Shown: positions 1-9,041 of the stretch, in pieces | Numbering within the stretch: the first letter of the stretch is position 1 | How the letters are laid out: each line of letters begins with the position of its first letter | Source: Promethearchaeia archaeon | Lineage (GTDB): Archaea > Asgardarchaeota > Lokiarchaeia > Sigyniarchaeales > SOKP01 | Direction: 5' to 3' | DNA length: 22,848 bases | NCBI GenBank assembly: GCA_046497275.1 | Contig: JAWOFX010000093.1 | Location: forward strand, 1-22,848 | The notes under the pieces: generated by a model | Databases searched by the model: none | Told to the model about the DNA's origin: nothing | The model's input: the letters and a program-made list of their open reading frames with translations, nothing else | Made by a program: the position numbers and the translations under genes

Positions 1-2
1 TG

Positions 3-521
3 GGAGCATTAACCTATTTATCAGCAAAAATATATGCCAAATCCAATAGATTGATCGTAAACAAGATAACTGAAACACAATCTATATCTATAAATAAAAA
101 TAAATTATCCAGCCTTTCAGCTCTAAGTTTCTTATGGATTTTTCCTATGATAATATTTGCTGGATTTTTAATTATGTTTACAACTGTCCAAGGATTAAAG
201 GGGGCAATTCATGGCTTATGGACGGAATTGAACTCCATTAATGATGTCTATGATATTTTGGTATCTGTTTTGATTGGAGTGATCTATAATTTTGGATGGA
301 TCATTCTTTTTGGAGTTCCATTTATACTTCTTAGTTCTTGGATATTTGCACGCGGGATAAAAAATCTTACAAATAGCGAATTCAATATAAAAAGGACCTG
401 GAAGATTCCATTAATAGGCTATATGCTAATGTTTGTGGTAATGTTCTTGATTTATATTAGTCTATATATTGTGTTTAAATCATTGTTTTCCCTAGTATCC
501 ATTGAAGCAATAGTGGGTTAA
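3..521 (+). CDS. Hypothetical multi-pass membrane protein, 5'-partial
   Basis: The track starts it at TTG 51, but the frame is open to the window edge (GALTYLSAKIYAKSNR from nt 3), so the gene probably starts upstream. About 3 hydrophobic segments; no family motif recognised. Confidence 0.6.
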   Translation, partial: GALTYLSAKIYAKSNRLIVNKITETQSISINKNKLSSLSALSFLWIFPMIIFAGFLIMFTTVQGLKGAIHGLWTELNSINDVYDILVSVLIGVIYNFGWIILFGVPFILLSSWIFARGIKNLTNSEFNIKRTWKIPLIGYMLMFVVMFLIYISLYIVFKSLFSLVSIEAIVG

Positions 522-539
522 TGCAATGATATAAATAAG

Positions 540-565
540 AAAAAAAATTTGAAAATCTTTTTTTT
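540..565. terminator. Possible bidirectional oligo(T) terminator between convergent genes
   Basis: A8 (540-547) and T8 (558-565) lie between two convergent stops, giving a U-tract on each strand. Weak evidence in such AT-rich DNA. Confidence 0.3.
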
Positions 566-1178
566 ATTCGTTCTTTTTCATTTGTTTAAGCTTATATTTT
601 TGATACCGTCTGTAAAATAGAACCTCAAAAACTATAACTATCATTGCTGTGAAGGTTATCATCCCTAAGAGACTTTCAAAATCATCTCCGATTACTGCTC
701 CATGAATGTATGCGAAATAAAATGCTACATAATTTAATCCATGCAATATACGCCACAGTTTAGGATTTAAATGTTTTCTTATTAGCACAGCAATCACCGC
801 TATATAGATGAGATATAAAGCAGGTCTTCCAGCAAGAGCCCAAAATGTATTCCATGGATAAAAAATTGGAATGAATGCGGTTGGATCCCCAATCGAGATT
901 GCGAACGCAATTGGATGGATGGTAATCAATACTAGTCCTAAGATCGAAAACAAGTGATGGATTTTGATAAAAGAAGTCCCAAACATCTGATATACTTCTT
1001 TCATAAATGGTGTAATAATAGAGGTTAAAAATAAGGATGTAAAGCCATATAAGACCGCAAGTCGGATAAAATAATCTTCAACCCCTCCTATAGGGTTAAG
1101 AAAGAATAAAATAGTAACCCATACGTAGAGGGTAACAATTATAGCTATAAAATAATATCCTTTTTTTGTAATATCCAT
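564..1178 (-). CDS. Ferric reductase-like transmembrane domain protein (heme b-binding, MsrQ/YedZ-like)
   Basis: About 6 TM helices with spaced His pairs typical of the fold: IKIHHLFSILGLVLITIHP and WRILHGLNYVAFYFAYIHG. Confidence 0.75.
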   Translation of the reverse strand: MDITKKGYYFIAIIVTLYVWVTILFFLNPIGGVEDYFIRLAVLYGFTSLFLTSIITPFMKEVYQMFGTSFIKIHHLFSILGLVLITIHPIAFAISIGDPTAFIPIFYPWNTFWALAGRPALYLIYIAVIAVLIRKHLNPKLWRILHGLNYVAFYFAYIHGAVIGDDFESLLGMITFTAMIVIVFEVLFYRRYQKYKLKQMKKNE

Positions 1179-1258
1179 ATCAATCTATAATTAGTTCTTA
1201 AAATAAAAAACTTGTGTGTATAAAAAATTAAGTAATTTTAAAAAATAGAAATTTGAAA

Positions 1259-3166
1259 TTACAGGAATTCAGATGGAAGAATCTTTGACTTGCGTTTTTC
1301 TTCTTTAAGAGCATTTAAATCGTGTCTCTGCGAATTAATTATATTCCAAAAAAATGCGGGAATATTTGCTTCTTCTTTATACATGGTCTCAACTCGATTT
1401 ATCTTTTCAAGGAGTTTATTTGTGCGAATGCAAAACTGTTTCTCATAATCTTCTCTCCTATATTCTTTGCGAAGATACTCTTTGAATAATCCTCTCAGAT
1501 CTTCATATTTTGGTATATACCCAGCAGGAGTTTTAATCGCTTCATAATCACCATGAGTCCTCCCTTCTGCCCACATAAGCCATACCAGTTTATCTAACAT
1601 TCCATTAAGATAATTGCCGTCCTCATCTTTTAGAAAATAGTTGGTTGCAAATATTTTCGGTGGGTTTTGTACTGAATTGCCAAAATTACTATAATTATTT
1701 AAATATTTTCCTAAGGGTATAACTATGAAATCCAAAATAGCCATTGGATTCGCTGTTCTTACTCCAGCTTTCCCTAATGTTTGCGTTGTTGTCTCTGATT
1801 CAAGTGAAGCTCCAAAATAAATGCCGTGATCCCAATCTAAGCTTTCCAGAATAGGGGGCATTGTGTCAGAATCTCTTCCTCCGTAAAAAATAGCATGAAT
1901 AGGGACACCATCAGGATTTTGTAAATTCGGATCACTATTCGCTAATTCTTCTATTCTCACAGTATACCGAGCATTTGGATGTGCGGCGGGGATTTGAATA
2001 CCTTTTTCGTCTGTTTTCCCATCATACCATCCTCCAGAAAAATTAAAACCATTTTCAGGAATTTCGCTTCCCATTCCTAGCCAATAAGGTTTGCCATTAT
2101 TTATTAACACATTTGTAAAGATTACTTCCTTGGGTGTAGTTATTGCTTTATAAATTTCGGGATCGTGAAGTGGATTCACATCTCTTATTATGCCGAATAC
2201 ACCGCTTTCAATGTTAGCGGCATGCGAATAGCCATCTCCCCATGGTCGTAAATATGCAATATCATCTCCTATAATTGTCTGACCTGGAAGCATCGCAGTT
2301 GAAGTTTTTCCGCATCCTGAAGGATATGCACCGCAGAAATAAGTGACTCTGTTTTTTTCTTTTGGATGAATACCCAAAATAAAGAAATGTTCTGCTAACC
2401 ATCCCTCTTTTTCCGCTTTATGAATTGCAAGTCTTAATGCAAGCTTTTTTAGCCCAAGTGAATTACCAGCGTATTGATTATTAACTGAAAGTACTCTATC
2501 CTCTTCCAAATCTATGTAAATGCGTCGTTTCTGGAGGTTTTTAGTCACTGGAGGGTTACCTATTAATTTTCCAGAAGAATGTACAAAATAAAAGAAATCA
2601 TCTGAACCATTTAGCTCTTTAAAGGCTTCATACCCCTTTCGGTATAATAAATCTTCGCTGTGAGCAACATAAAAACTGTCTGTTATTTGAAGTGCTAAGA
2701 TTGAGAATCTTGAATCTAAAGGACCCAAGCAGAAGAATCGGATGACACATTCATGACCTTTCATACATCCGTCCATAATGTTTAAAATTTCATCAAGTCC
2801 TTCTTTTCTGTTAATTGTGTTAATCCATGGACTTGCATACTCTCCTTCTGGAACTAAAACCTTTGTGTGTTCCTTATCACGCGCTTGGTCATGATTCTTC
2901 ATATCCACGAATCCATCAAAATGAACGGTATGTCCTTCTATTGTGAGTAGTCGTTCCTCACCTAATTCGATACATTTTTCTCGAACGTAACGAATATCCT
3001 CTTCAGAATCTGTTATAACTGTTATTTTCGAAGGTTTGCATAAATGGATGAAATTCTCGACTATTTCAATTACGTGGTCATTATTTAACTCATATAATTT
3101 TTCGTAGTCTTTTTGACTGAGCATTGACCTTCGCACGTGGTCTATTAAGGCTTTTGAAGAATCCAT
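1259..3166 (-). CDS. pckG: Phosphoenolpyruvate carboxykinase (GTP)
   Basis: 635 aa; YAGNSLGLKKLALR, WLAEH, P-loop YPSGCGKTS, IGDDIA, HPNARYT, FYGGRD, NYF motifs. Confidence 0.95.
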   Translation of the reverse strand: MDSSKALIDHVRRSMLSQKDYEKLYELNNDHVIEIVENFIHLCKPSKITVITDSEEDIRYVREKCIELGEERLLTIEGHTVHFDGFVDMKNHDQARDKEHTKVLVPEGEYASPWINTINRKEGLDEILNIMDGCMKGHECVIRFFCLGPLDSRFSILALQITDSFYVAHSEDLLYRKGYEAFKELNGSDDFFYFVHSSGKLIGNPPVTKNLQKRRIYIDLEEDRVLSVNNQYAGNSLGLKKLALRLAIHKAEKEGWLAEHFFILGIHPKEKNRVTYFCGAYPSGCGKTSTAMLPGQTIIGDDIAYLRPWGDGYSHAANIESGVFGIIRDVNPLHDPEIYKAITTPKEVIFTNVLINNGKPYWLGMGSEIPENGFNFSGGWYDGKTDEKGIQIPAAHPNARYTVRIEELANSDPNLQNPDGVPIHAIFYGGRDSDTMPPILESLDWDHGIYFGASLESETTTQTLGKAGVRTANPMAILDFIVIPLGKYLNNYSNFGNSVQNPPKIFATNYFLKDEDGNYLNGMLDKLVWLMWAEGRTHGDYEAIKTPAGYIPKYEDLRGLFKEYLRKEYRREDYEKQFCIRTNKLLEKINRVETMYKEEANIPAFFWNIINSQRHDLNALKEEKRKSKILPSEFL

Positions 3167-3596
3167 TTTTTTGTAGTTTATAGTAATGATCTAAAATTTT
3201 ATGAAATGTTTAATATCACTATATAAAAGAGAGTTTTTTTTTATATAAACTTGCATGATATCTCATAATTGTTCAATATTGACTTGTTTTTGAATGAACA
3301 AAGTTCATTTTCTATTTTATCTTTTTTAAATCTTATGGTTTTAGATGAAAAGTGTTTAAAAAATGGAGAGGAAAACACAATTTTATACTTATTTCAACCG
3401 AAGGTTATTAAAAATTTAACAAATAGAGATTTGGATTTTTTTTAAAATTTGTTATTATACTATAAAATTCTTTATATAAATAAAGATCAATACTAAAGGC
3501 GAAAATAAAGGCTGCTAAAAAAAATATAAACATATAAAGGTGATAATTATCTTAGGTTTATTTAAGATATTAACATTCTTGAGAATATTGAATTAA

Positions 3597-4232
3597 ATGA
3601 AACATAAAACAGGATTTGTGTTATTAGTTATTGGCGGTATATGCATGACCATAGGCTCTGTAGTTGGAAGTATTCAAATCTTTGAAACACTTTACAATAT
3701 GGCTTCGAATGAGTGGCCAGAATATGAAGCAATTTTCAATGTAATCGTTAATATAATTTTTAAATGGATTGCTGATTTAGGTGGAATTGCAGTAATAGCG
3801 GGAGCAATATTGATAGTTCTAGGTGGAGTGAGAATTGGTAAATTTATTATTTGGATTGGTTTAGCTTTTGGAACGATAGCTCTCATTATTTGGATAGCGA
3901 CTCAAATAGTACGTTTGACAGGAATAATAACTGATCCAACAATAGTATTCTATTTAGAAGAACTTTACAATAAGTTTAACTATGGCTCAGGTGTGGGATT
4001 TGCTGGTGTCGTTATTGCTATTATTGGAAGAGCATGCGTAAAAAGGGAAAAGGAGGATGAAAAAGAAATACCAGAAGAAGAGGAGGAAAAAATTGAAGAA
4101 GAGAAATCAACAATCAATGTCAATAAAAAGCCAAATTCAACGATTTCAGACACAAAATTTTGTCCTGAATGTGGAGCAGAGCTGCCTTTTAGTGCAAGTT
4201 TCTGTGCCTATTGTGGAAAAGGCTTTGATTAA
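3597..4232 (+). CDS. Membrane protein with acidic linker and C-terminal zinc ribbon
   Basis: About 4 hydrophobic helices, a Glu/Lys-rich linker (EKEDEKEIPEEEEEKIEEEK), then FCPECGAELPFSASFCAYCG (CxxC-x10-CxxC). Confidence 0.8.
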   Translation: MKHKTGFVLLVIGGICMTIGSVVGSIQIFETLYNMASNEWPEYEAIFNVIVNIIFKWIADLGGIAVIAGAILIVLGGVRIGKFIIWIGLAFGTIALIIWIATQIVRLTGIITDPTIVFYLEELYNKFNYGSGVGFAGVVIAIIGRACVKREKEDEKEIPEEEEEKIEEEKSTINVNKKPNSTISDTKFCPECGAELPFSASFCAYCGKGFD

Positions 4233-4324
4233 TATTTTCAAAAAAATTAAAATAATAATATAGTTTTAAATAAATTTTTTAACAAATGATGAGAATTCTT
4301 GAAAATAAAGGAGATATTTATTAT

Positions 4325-4891
4325 TTACAATAACTTTCCAAATTCTTGAGTAAAGGTTTTGATTTTTTCCCAATCTCGAAAGTCATTTCGAGCATCTGGT
4401 TTAACTTCAACTCCATCTTCTTCTTTCATAGCTTTTGAAGCAACTTTCAACATTTTTTTATCAAGGAATCCTAAATTTGAATCATCAGAAAGATCTAATA
4501 CTCCCCCAAATGCTTCATAATGATCTGGTTCTAATCCATAATCCTCCATTAATCTTTGTTTAAGATCTTCTTTGGCTTTTTCTGGTTGCCCTATCGCAAA
4601 TGCACCACAAGTAAACATGCCAAATTTATTAGTTCTATTTTGAAGCATTTCTTGGTGATCTTTTATATAATTTCTAACATACTTTGTCCATTTATTTATT
4701 TTCATGCCTGTCCCGATTATTAATCCACCGTATTCTGAAATTTTTGGTATCTCGTTTGAATTAATCTCTTTAAGATTGAAATTTTCGGTAGATATATTCA
4801 TGTCCTTTAAATATTCAGTCATTTTCTCAACAATTTCTCCAGTTGTTCCATATCTTGTGCCAAATAATATTAAAACGTTTTTTTCGTCCAT
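4325..4891 (-). CDS. Flavodoxin-domain protein (HemG/flavodoxin_5-like)
   Basis: FMN-binding loop ILFGTRYGTTGEI, IIGTGM, AFGGVLD and C-terminal DFRDWEKIKTF, characteristic of HemG-type long-chain flavodoxins. Confidence 0.85.
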   Translation of the reverse strand: MDEKNVLILFGTRYGTTGEIVEKMTEYLKDMNISTENFNLKEINSNEIPKISEYGGLIIGTGMKINKWTKYVRNYIKDHQEMLQNRTNKFGMFTCGAFAIGQPEKAKEDLKQRLMEDYGLEPDHYEAFGGVLDLSDDSNLGFLDKKMLKVASKAMKEEDGVEVKPDARNDFRDWEKIKTFTQEFGKLL

Positions 4892-5102
4892 AAAACAATT
4901 AATCTTTTCCGCTTTAAATTTTTACTATAAATATTCTATTATACTTTTTTTTAATAACCTAACCTTCTAAAATGGATTAAATTTTGTGTTTGTTTTTATA
5001 ACAATTTATTATACCACTTCTTCTATAAATAAAGAAAAATGCCAAACATGAAAACAAAAACTTCAAAAAGATATAAATAATAATTTAACTTCTTTTTCTA
5101 TT

Positions 5103-5408
5103 GTGAAACCCAGTGAAGAAATTAAAGAGATTATTGAAAGTGTAAGAAATAATCGATATAACGTTCAATGTGCTGGTTGTTCTAAGGAAAATCCTATAAT
5201 CAACTTAGAGAAAGATATAGATACTAATTTATTGAGTTGTCCTAGTTGTAATGGAAATTCATTTCATCTTTTTTCAGACAATGCTTCATTTATTGTTCAA
5301 TGCAATTTATGCTCCAGAGAATATCGTATAGATGATTTACCCAAAAATTACGAGTCGTTATTATATTGTCCAGCTTGTCATGGCAGCATATTTTATATTT
5401 TGCATTAA
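5103..5408 (+). CDS. Small protein with two tandem C4 zinc ribbons
   Basis: GTG start; four CxxC motifs (CAGC, CPSC, CNLC, CPAC) arranged as an internal duplication. Confidence 0.7.
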   Translation: MKPSEEIKEIIESVRNNRYNVQCAGCSKENPIINLEKDIDTNLLSCPSCNGNSFHLFSDNASFIVQCNLCSREYRIDDLPKNYESLLYCPACHGSIFYILH

Positions 5409-5543
5409 AAGGATTAAGAAAAATTATTAATATAATCTCTCCTTCATCATTTCTGATTTATGTTTTTAGATGATTAAGGATTAAAAATACTTATATAAAT
5501 AAGAACAATTCTTAATTATTCTATTTAAATAAGGTATGGTTAA

Positions 5544-5729
5544 ATGTCGGAAAAAATATGGTATAAGGCAGCAAAAATAATTGTAAGAGCAAGTGGAAAT
5601 CCTTTATTTCAAGCAAATGAAACTCTAGTTGAATTATTAAAAACTCTTTTAAATGAAGAACAAGTGAAGTTTATTCTTAATTTTAGGAATCCGCGTTTAT
5701 CATTTCAAACCTTAAAGGATAAAACATGA
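5544..5729 (+). CDS. N-terminal fragment of a 4Fe-4S binding protein (ends at in-frame TGA)
   Basis: AAA ACA TGA (5727-5729) is followed immediately by an in-frame ATG at 5730. The peptide (LLKTLLNEEQVKFIL...TLKDKT) reads as the start of the wHTH-like N-domain continued by the next ORF. Confidence 0.6.
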   Translation: MSEKIWYKAAKIIVRASGNPLFQANETLVELLKTLLNEEQVKFILNFRNPRLSFQTLKDKT

Positions 5730-6647
5730 ATGAATGATGCTAAATTAAGGGAAATGTTAAACTCTTTGATGGACAATGGTTTTATCATGGATTGGCCAAT
5801 TGAAGACTCAGACATGATGGAATATCGTCTTTTAGCCCCTGTTCCATCTACTTTTGAATATTCACTGATTAAGCAAGATCGAACAATTGAAGAAAAAAAG
5901 AAATTAGCAAAGATTTATGAGAAAATGTTTAAAGAAGCAAATGAGATCACTCAATTGAATTTTGAAGGATTAATGCCTATTTTCAAAGACAAAATGCCAA
6001 TTTTTGCCAGAATTATACCCGTTGAAAAAGAAATTACAGTTCCTCAAGAACAAGTATTACCTTTACATGAAGCATCAAAAATTATCAATGAACAAGAGAT
6101 TATATCTCTATCTGAATGCGCGTACAAACTTCAAAAAACTTTGGTTGGGGAACCTTGTGAATTTGCCAGTGATATCAACAGATGTATTCATTTTGGGAAT
6201 CTTGGGAGATATTTTATTGAACATAATCTTGGGAAACAAATATCACGAGAGGAAGCTAAAAAAGTTTTAAAAGAAGCCGAAGCAGAAGGACTTGTTCATA
6301 AAACGTTTCATGATGATTTTAATCTTGAAGAGAAAGAAAATGCCATATGTAATTGCTGCAAAGACTGTTGCGTGTTATTTCAGAGTTATTATCGTGGAAT
6401 ATTTCCTTTTCATACAATAACATCTTATCTTACACAATTAGATGAGAGTAAATGCAAAGGATGTGGGACATGCGTGGAGAAATGTCCAATTGAAGCATTA
6501 ACTCTAAAAGAGGGAAGATCTTATGTTGATGAGACTAAATGTATAGGATGTGGTGTGTGCACTACTCAATGTCCGGAAGGTGCGAGGTTCCTAAGAGAAA
6601 CAGAACTAAGAGAAATCTACATCCCACCACCAAAAATTAAAGAATAA
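5730..6647 (+). CDS. 4Fe-4S dicluster ferredoxin-domain protein (C-terminal part of interrupted gene 5544-6647)
   Basis: AICNCCKDCC cluster plus two ferredoxin motifs, CKGCGTCVEKCP and CIGCGVCTTQCP; also ISREEAKKVLKEAEAEGLVH. Confidence 0.85.
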   Translation: MNDAKLREMLNSLMDNGFIMDWPIEDSDMMEYRLLAPVPSTFEYSLIKQDRTIEEKKKLAKIYEKMFKEANEITQLNFEGLMPIFKDKMPIFARIIPVEKEITVPQEQVLPLHEASKIINEQEIISLSECAYKLQKTLVGEPCEFASDINRCIHFGNLGRYFIEHNLGKQISREEAKKVLKEAEAEGLVHKTFHDDFNLEEKENAICNCCKDCCVLFQSYYRGIFPFHTITSYLTQLDESKCKGCGTCVEKCPIEALTLKEGRSYVDETKCIGCGVCTTQCPEGARFLRETELREIYIPPPKIKE

Positions 6648-6929
6648 CCTCTTTATCTGGATATCTATTACCTATTCAAGTTAATATAATACAAAATCTA
6701 TTTTTATTATATTTCTCATATTTTTAAGGCAAATAACTCCTAAAATTTAGTTCAAAACCACAAAAAATTAATAATACCATAAAAATCTATTTTTTCAATT
6801 TTTAAATGCTGGTATTCTTAAGAAGGTCAATTAATAAAGCAATTAGATATTAATAGTTAAACTGCTAATATCTAAATAAGGAAGGTAAAATAATATAGGA
6901 CAGTAAAAAATTAATAGCGAAATAATAAG

Positions 6930-8051
6930 ATGACCACTCTTTCTGAAGATACACTTATTTTTAACGCCTTAACTCCGGAAATTACGAATATGGATCAAGT
7001 ACGCAAAGCTTTGGATCATTTCATGAAACTAAAGAAGGAAAAAGACCAAAGTGATAGATTTAATCTAATTTTATTTCAAGAATATGGCCCCAATTATTTG
7101 AATGATTTTACCTTGAATCCAGAAAATATTTTAATGGCACTAAAAACGTTAGAACCTACAATTGTTCAAGGAAATCTGGCAAGTGGTATTTTTGTTGCAA
7201 TTACCTTTATAATTGAAGTCTACAAAAGAATCTCGCAAAAAGCGTTTCGACTGATAATTCTTACCGATTCTGGGACTCTTAAGATTCAAGGCAAGTTTAT
7301 GCCCGTTCTTGATAATTTGATCGATATGGTAAAAAACATGCCATTTTATATCGATATTGTGAGAATAAACACTGATGATCCGGGAGAAGATAGAAAACTT
7401 ATGGAATTAGTTAATAGTTGCTATGGCAATGTGCACCAAATTAACGATTTAAGGGATTTGGATTCAATTTTAGAGGTACTCGCTTTAAAACGTGAAATAC
7501 CTGAAGAAACATTCTATGATAAGGAAAAAAAGATTATTTCAAAACAAAATCAACCTTTTTATGTAAATTTAGCAGACGAACCTATACCCTATCAAGATAC
7601 TGAAACATGTTCGATTTGTTTTCAATCAGCTGATAATGGATTGGTTCAATGTCCAGAATGTGAAGTAATTGCGCATAGATCTTGTTTAGCACAGTGGGCT
7701 GAAAATTCAAATATAGGAATTTTAAACGTTTTTCGATGTCATAATTGTTATAATCTTTTAAAATTGGACCGAGACTATATCAATAAAGTTAGATATGGAA
7801 AAATTATGGCGTTTGGAAATATTCAAATTGAAGGATTAGATTTAACAGAATATGAACAAACAATAGAGCGCGAGAAACAACCAGAAATCATTCAGACTGA
7901 AGATCCTTTAAATGCATCTTCTTATGAAGAGGATGAATTTGAAATGGATAAGGAGGTAAAGGAAACTAAGTTTTACTTATGTCCAAACTGTTCGAAAATG
8001 ATTACAAACAAGTATAGCTATTGTCCTAACTGTGGAACAAAACTTAAGTAA
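6930..8051 (+). CDS. VWA-domain protein with C4HC3 (RING-variant/PHD-like) finger and C-terminal zinc ribbon
   Basis: N-terminal Rossmann-like VWA pattern (DRFNLILF, FTLNPENILMAL, GNLASGIFVA, RLIILTDS, IDIVRI); CSIC-x10-CPEC-x4-HRSC-x17-CHNC; terminal CPNC-x10-CPNC. Confidence 0.75.
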   Translation: MTTLSEDTLIFNALTPEITNMDQVRKALDHFMKLKKEKDQSDRFNLILFQEYGPNYLNDFTLNPENILMALKTLEPTIVQGNLASGIFVAITFIIEVYKRISQKAFRLIILTDSGTLKIQGKFMPVLDNLIDMVKNMPFYIDIVRINTDDPGEDRKLMELVNSCYGNVHQINDLRDLDSILEVLALKREIPEETFYDKEKKIISKQNQPFYVNLADEPIPYQDTETCSICFQSADNGLVQCPECEVIAHRSCLAQWAENSNIGILNVFRCHNCYNLLKLDRDYINKVRYGKIMAFGNIQIEGLDLTEYEQTIEREKQPEIIQTEDPLNASSYEEDEFEMDKEVKETKFYLCPNCSKMITNKYSYCPNCGTKLK

Positions 8052-8081
8052 ACTGAAAAAACAGAGATATTTTTTTGTTTC

Positions 8082-8882
8082 TCATATTTTTCTTATGCGT
8101 TTGGAAGTCCTGGGTGGCACACGGTGATATTTAACATCAGGATAGCCAAGCGTAAATCCACAAGCAGTTGGTCCAGAAATTTTTAATAATTGCTTAAGAC
8201 TCGGGTCAACTCCTAATGCTAATTGAGTCCATCCATGATAGCATGTGCCTAATCCAAGTGATTGGGCAGCTAATCGCCCATAAGTTATAATATTTCCGAT
8301 ATTGATATAATTTATCTTCATAGGCATGCTTGTATGGACAATTATTAGGTGAGGAGCATTGAACATCAAATTTCTTCCTTGTTTCTCAAGAATTTTAAAA
8401 TTTCTGGCAAATTGTGAATTTAACATTTTATCACTCTCAATTGCCTCCCTTAATGCAGCAGATATTTCTTTCAATTTATCTGGGTTTGAAATTATGGTAA
8501 AATTTTCTGCTCTAATGTTAGCCCCCGTAGCAGCATATAGCATTGCATTTATAATTTTTTCAATTAACTCGTCGGGAACTTTATCTTTCTTATAATGTCG
8601 AATTACTCTCAGTGATCTGAGGATTTTATAAAGATTTTGATAGGATACTATAGATTCGGGATGTTCAATATCGTCAAACGTGGCAGTTTCTCCCATCCCC
8701 TCATGAAGGATTGCATCCACAGGACACACAGCAATACAATGACCACATAAAATACAACTTTTTTTAGGATCGCTGTATTGAACTTTCCCTTCTTCATCTT
8801 CACGATAAAGAAATACTGGACAATCTTTTACACATTCCATACAGTCAATACATTTATCATAATCTATTCCTAATATTGGCAT
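8082..8882 (-). CDS. Nitroreductase family protein with N-terminal 2x[4Fe-4S] ferredoxin domain
   Basis: CIDCMECVKDCP and CILCGHCIAVCP, followed by LRVIRHY, ATGAN, AAQSLGLGTCY and LGYP nitroreductase motifs. Confidence 0.9.
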   Translation of the reverse strand: MPILGIDYDKCIDCMECVKDCPVFLYREDEEGKVQYSDPKKSCILCGHCIAVCPVDAILHEGMGETATFDDIEHPESIVSYQNLYKILRSLRVIRHYKKDKVPDELIEKIINAMLYAATGANIRAENFTIISNPDKLKEISAALREAIESDKMLNSQFARNFKILEKQGRNLMFNAPHLIIVHTSMPMKINYINIGNIITYGRLAAQSLGLGTCYHGWTQLALGVDPSLKQLLKISGPTACGFTLGYPDVKYHRVPPRTSKRIRKI

Positions 8883-9041
8883 AAATTCAACCTCTAACTT
8901 TTCGATTTTACTTTTTTATATATTTTATATAAAATAAAATAGAATTATCTATCGTTTTTTTATGTTTATAAAAAATTGAAATTAAGGGTAAAGTAAAAAA
9001 TATTAATAAAAATAAAAAATAAAAAAACAGTAAAAAAAGAT

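Noticed and set aside
5727-5729. Genome-wide TGA reassignment (e.g. TGA=Gly, code 25)
   Set aside because: Other genes here end normally at TGA (e.g. the HD gene at 13335-13337 and the nitroreductase), and no other gene shows an internal TGA.
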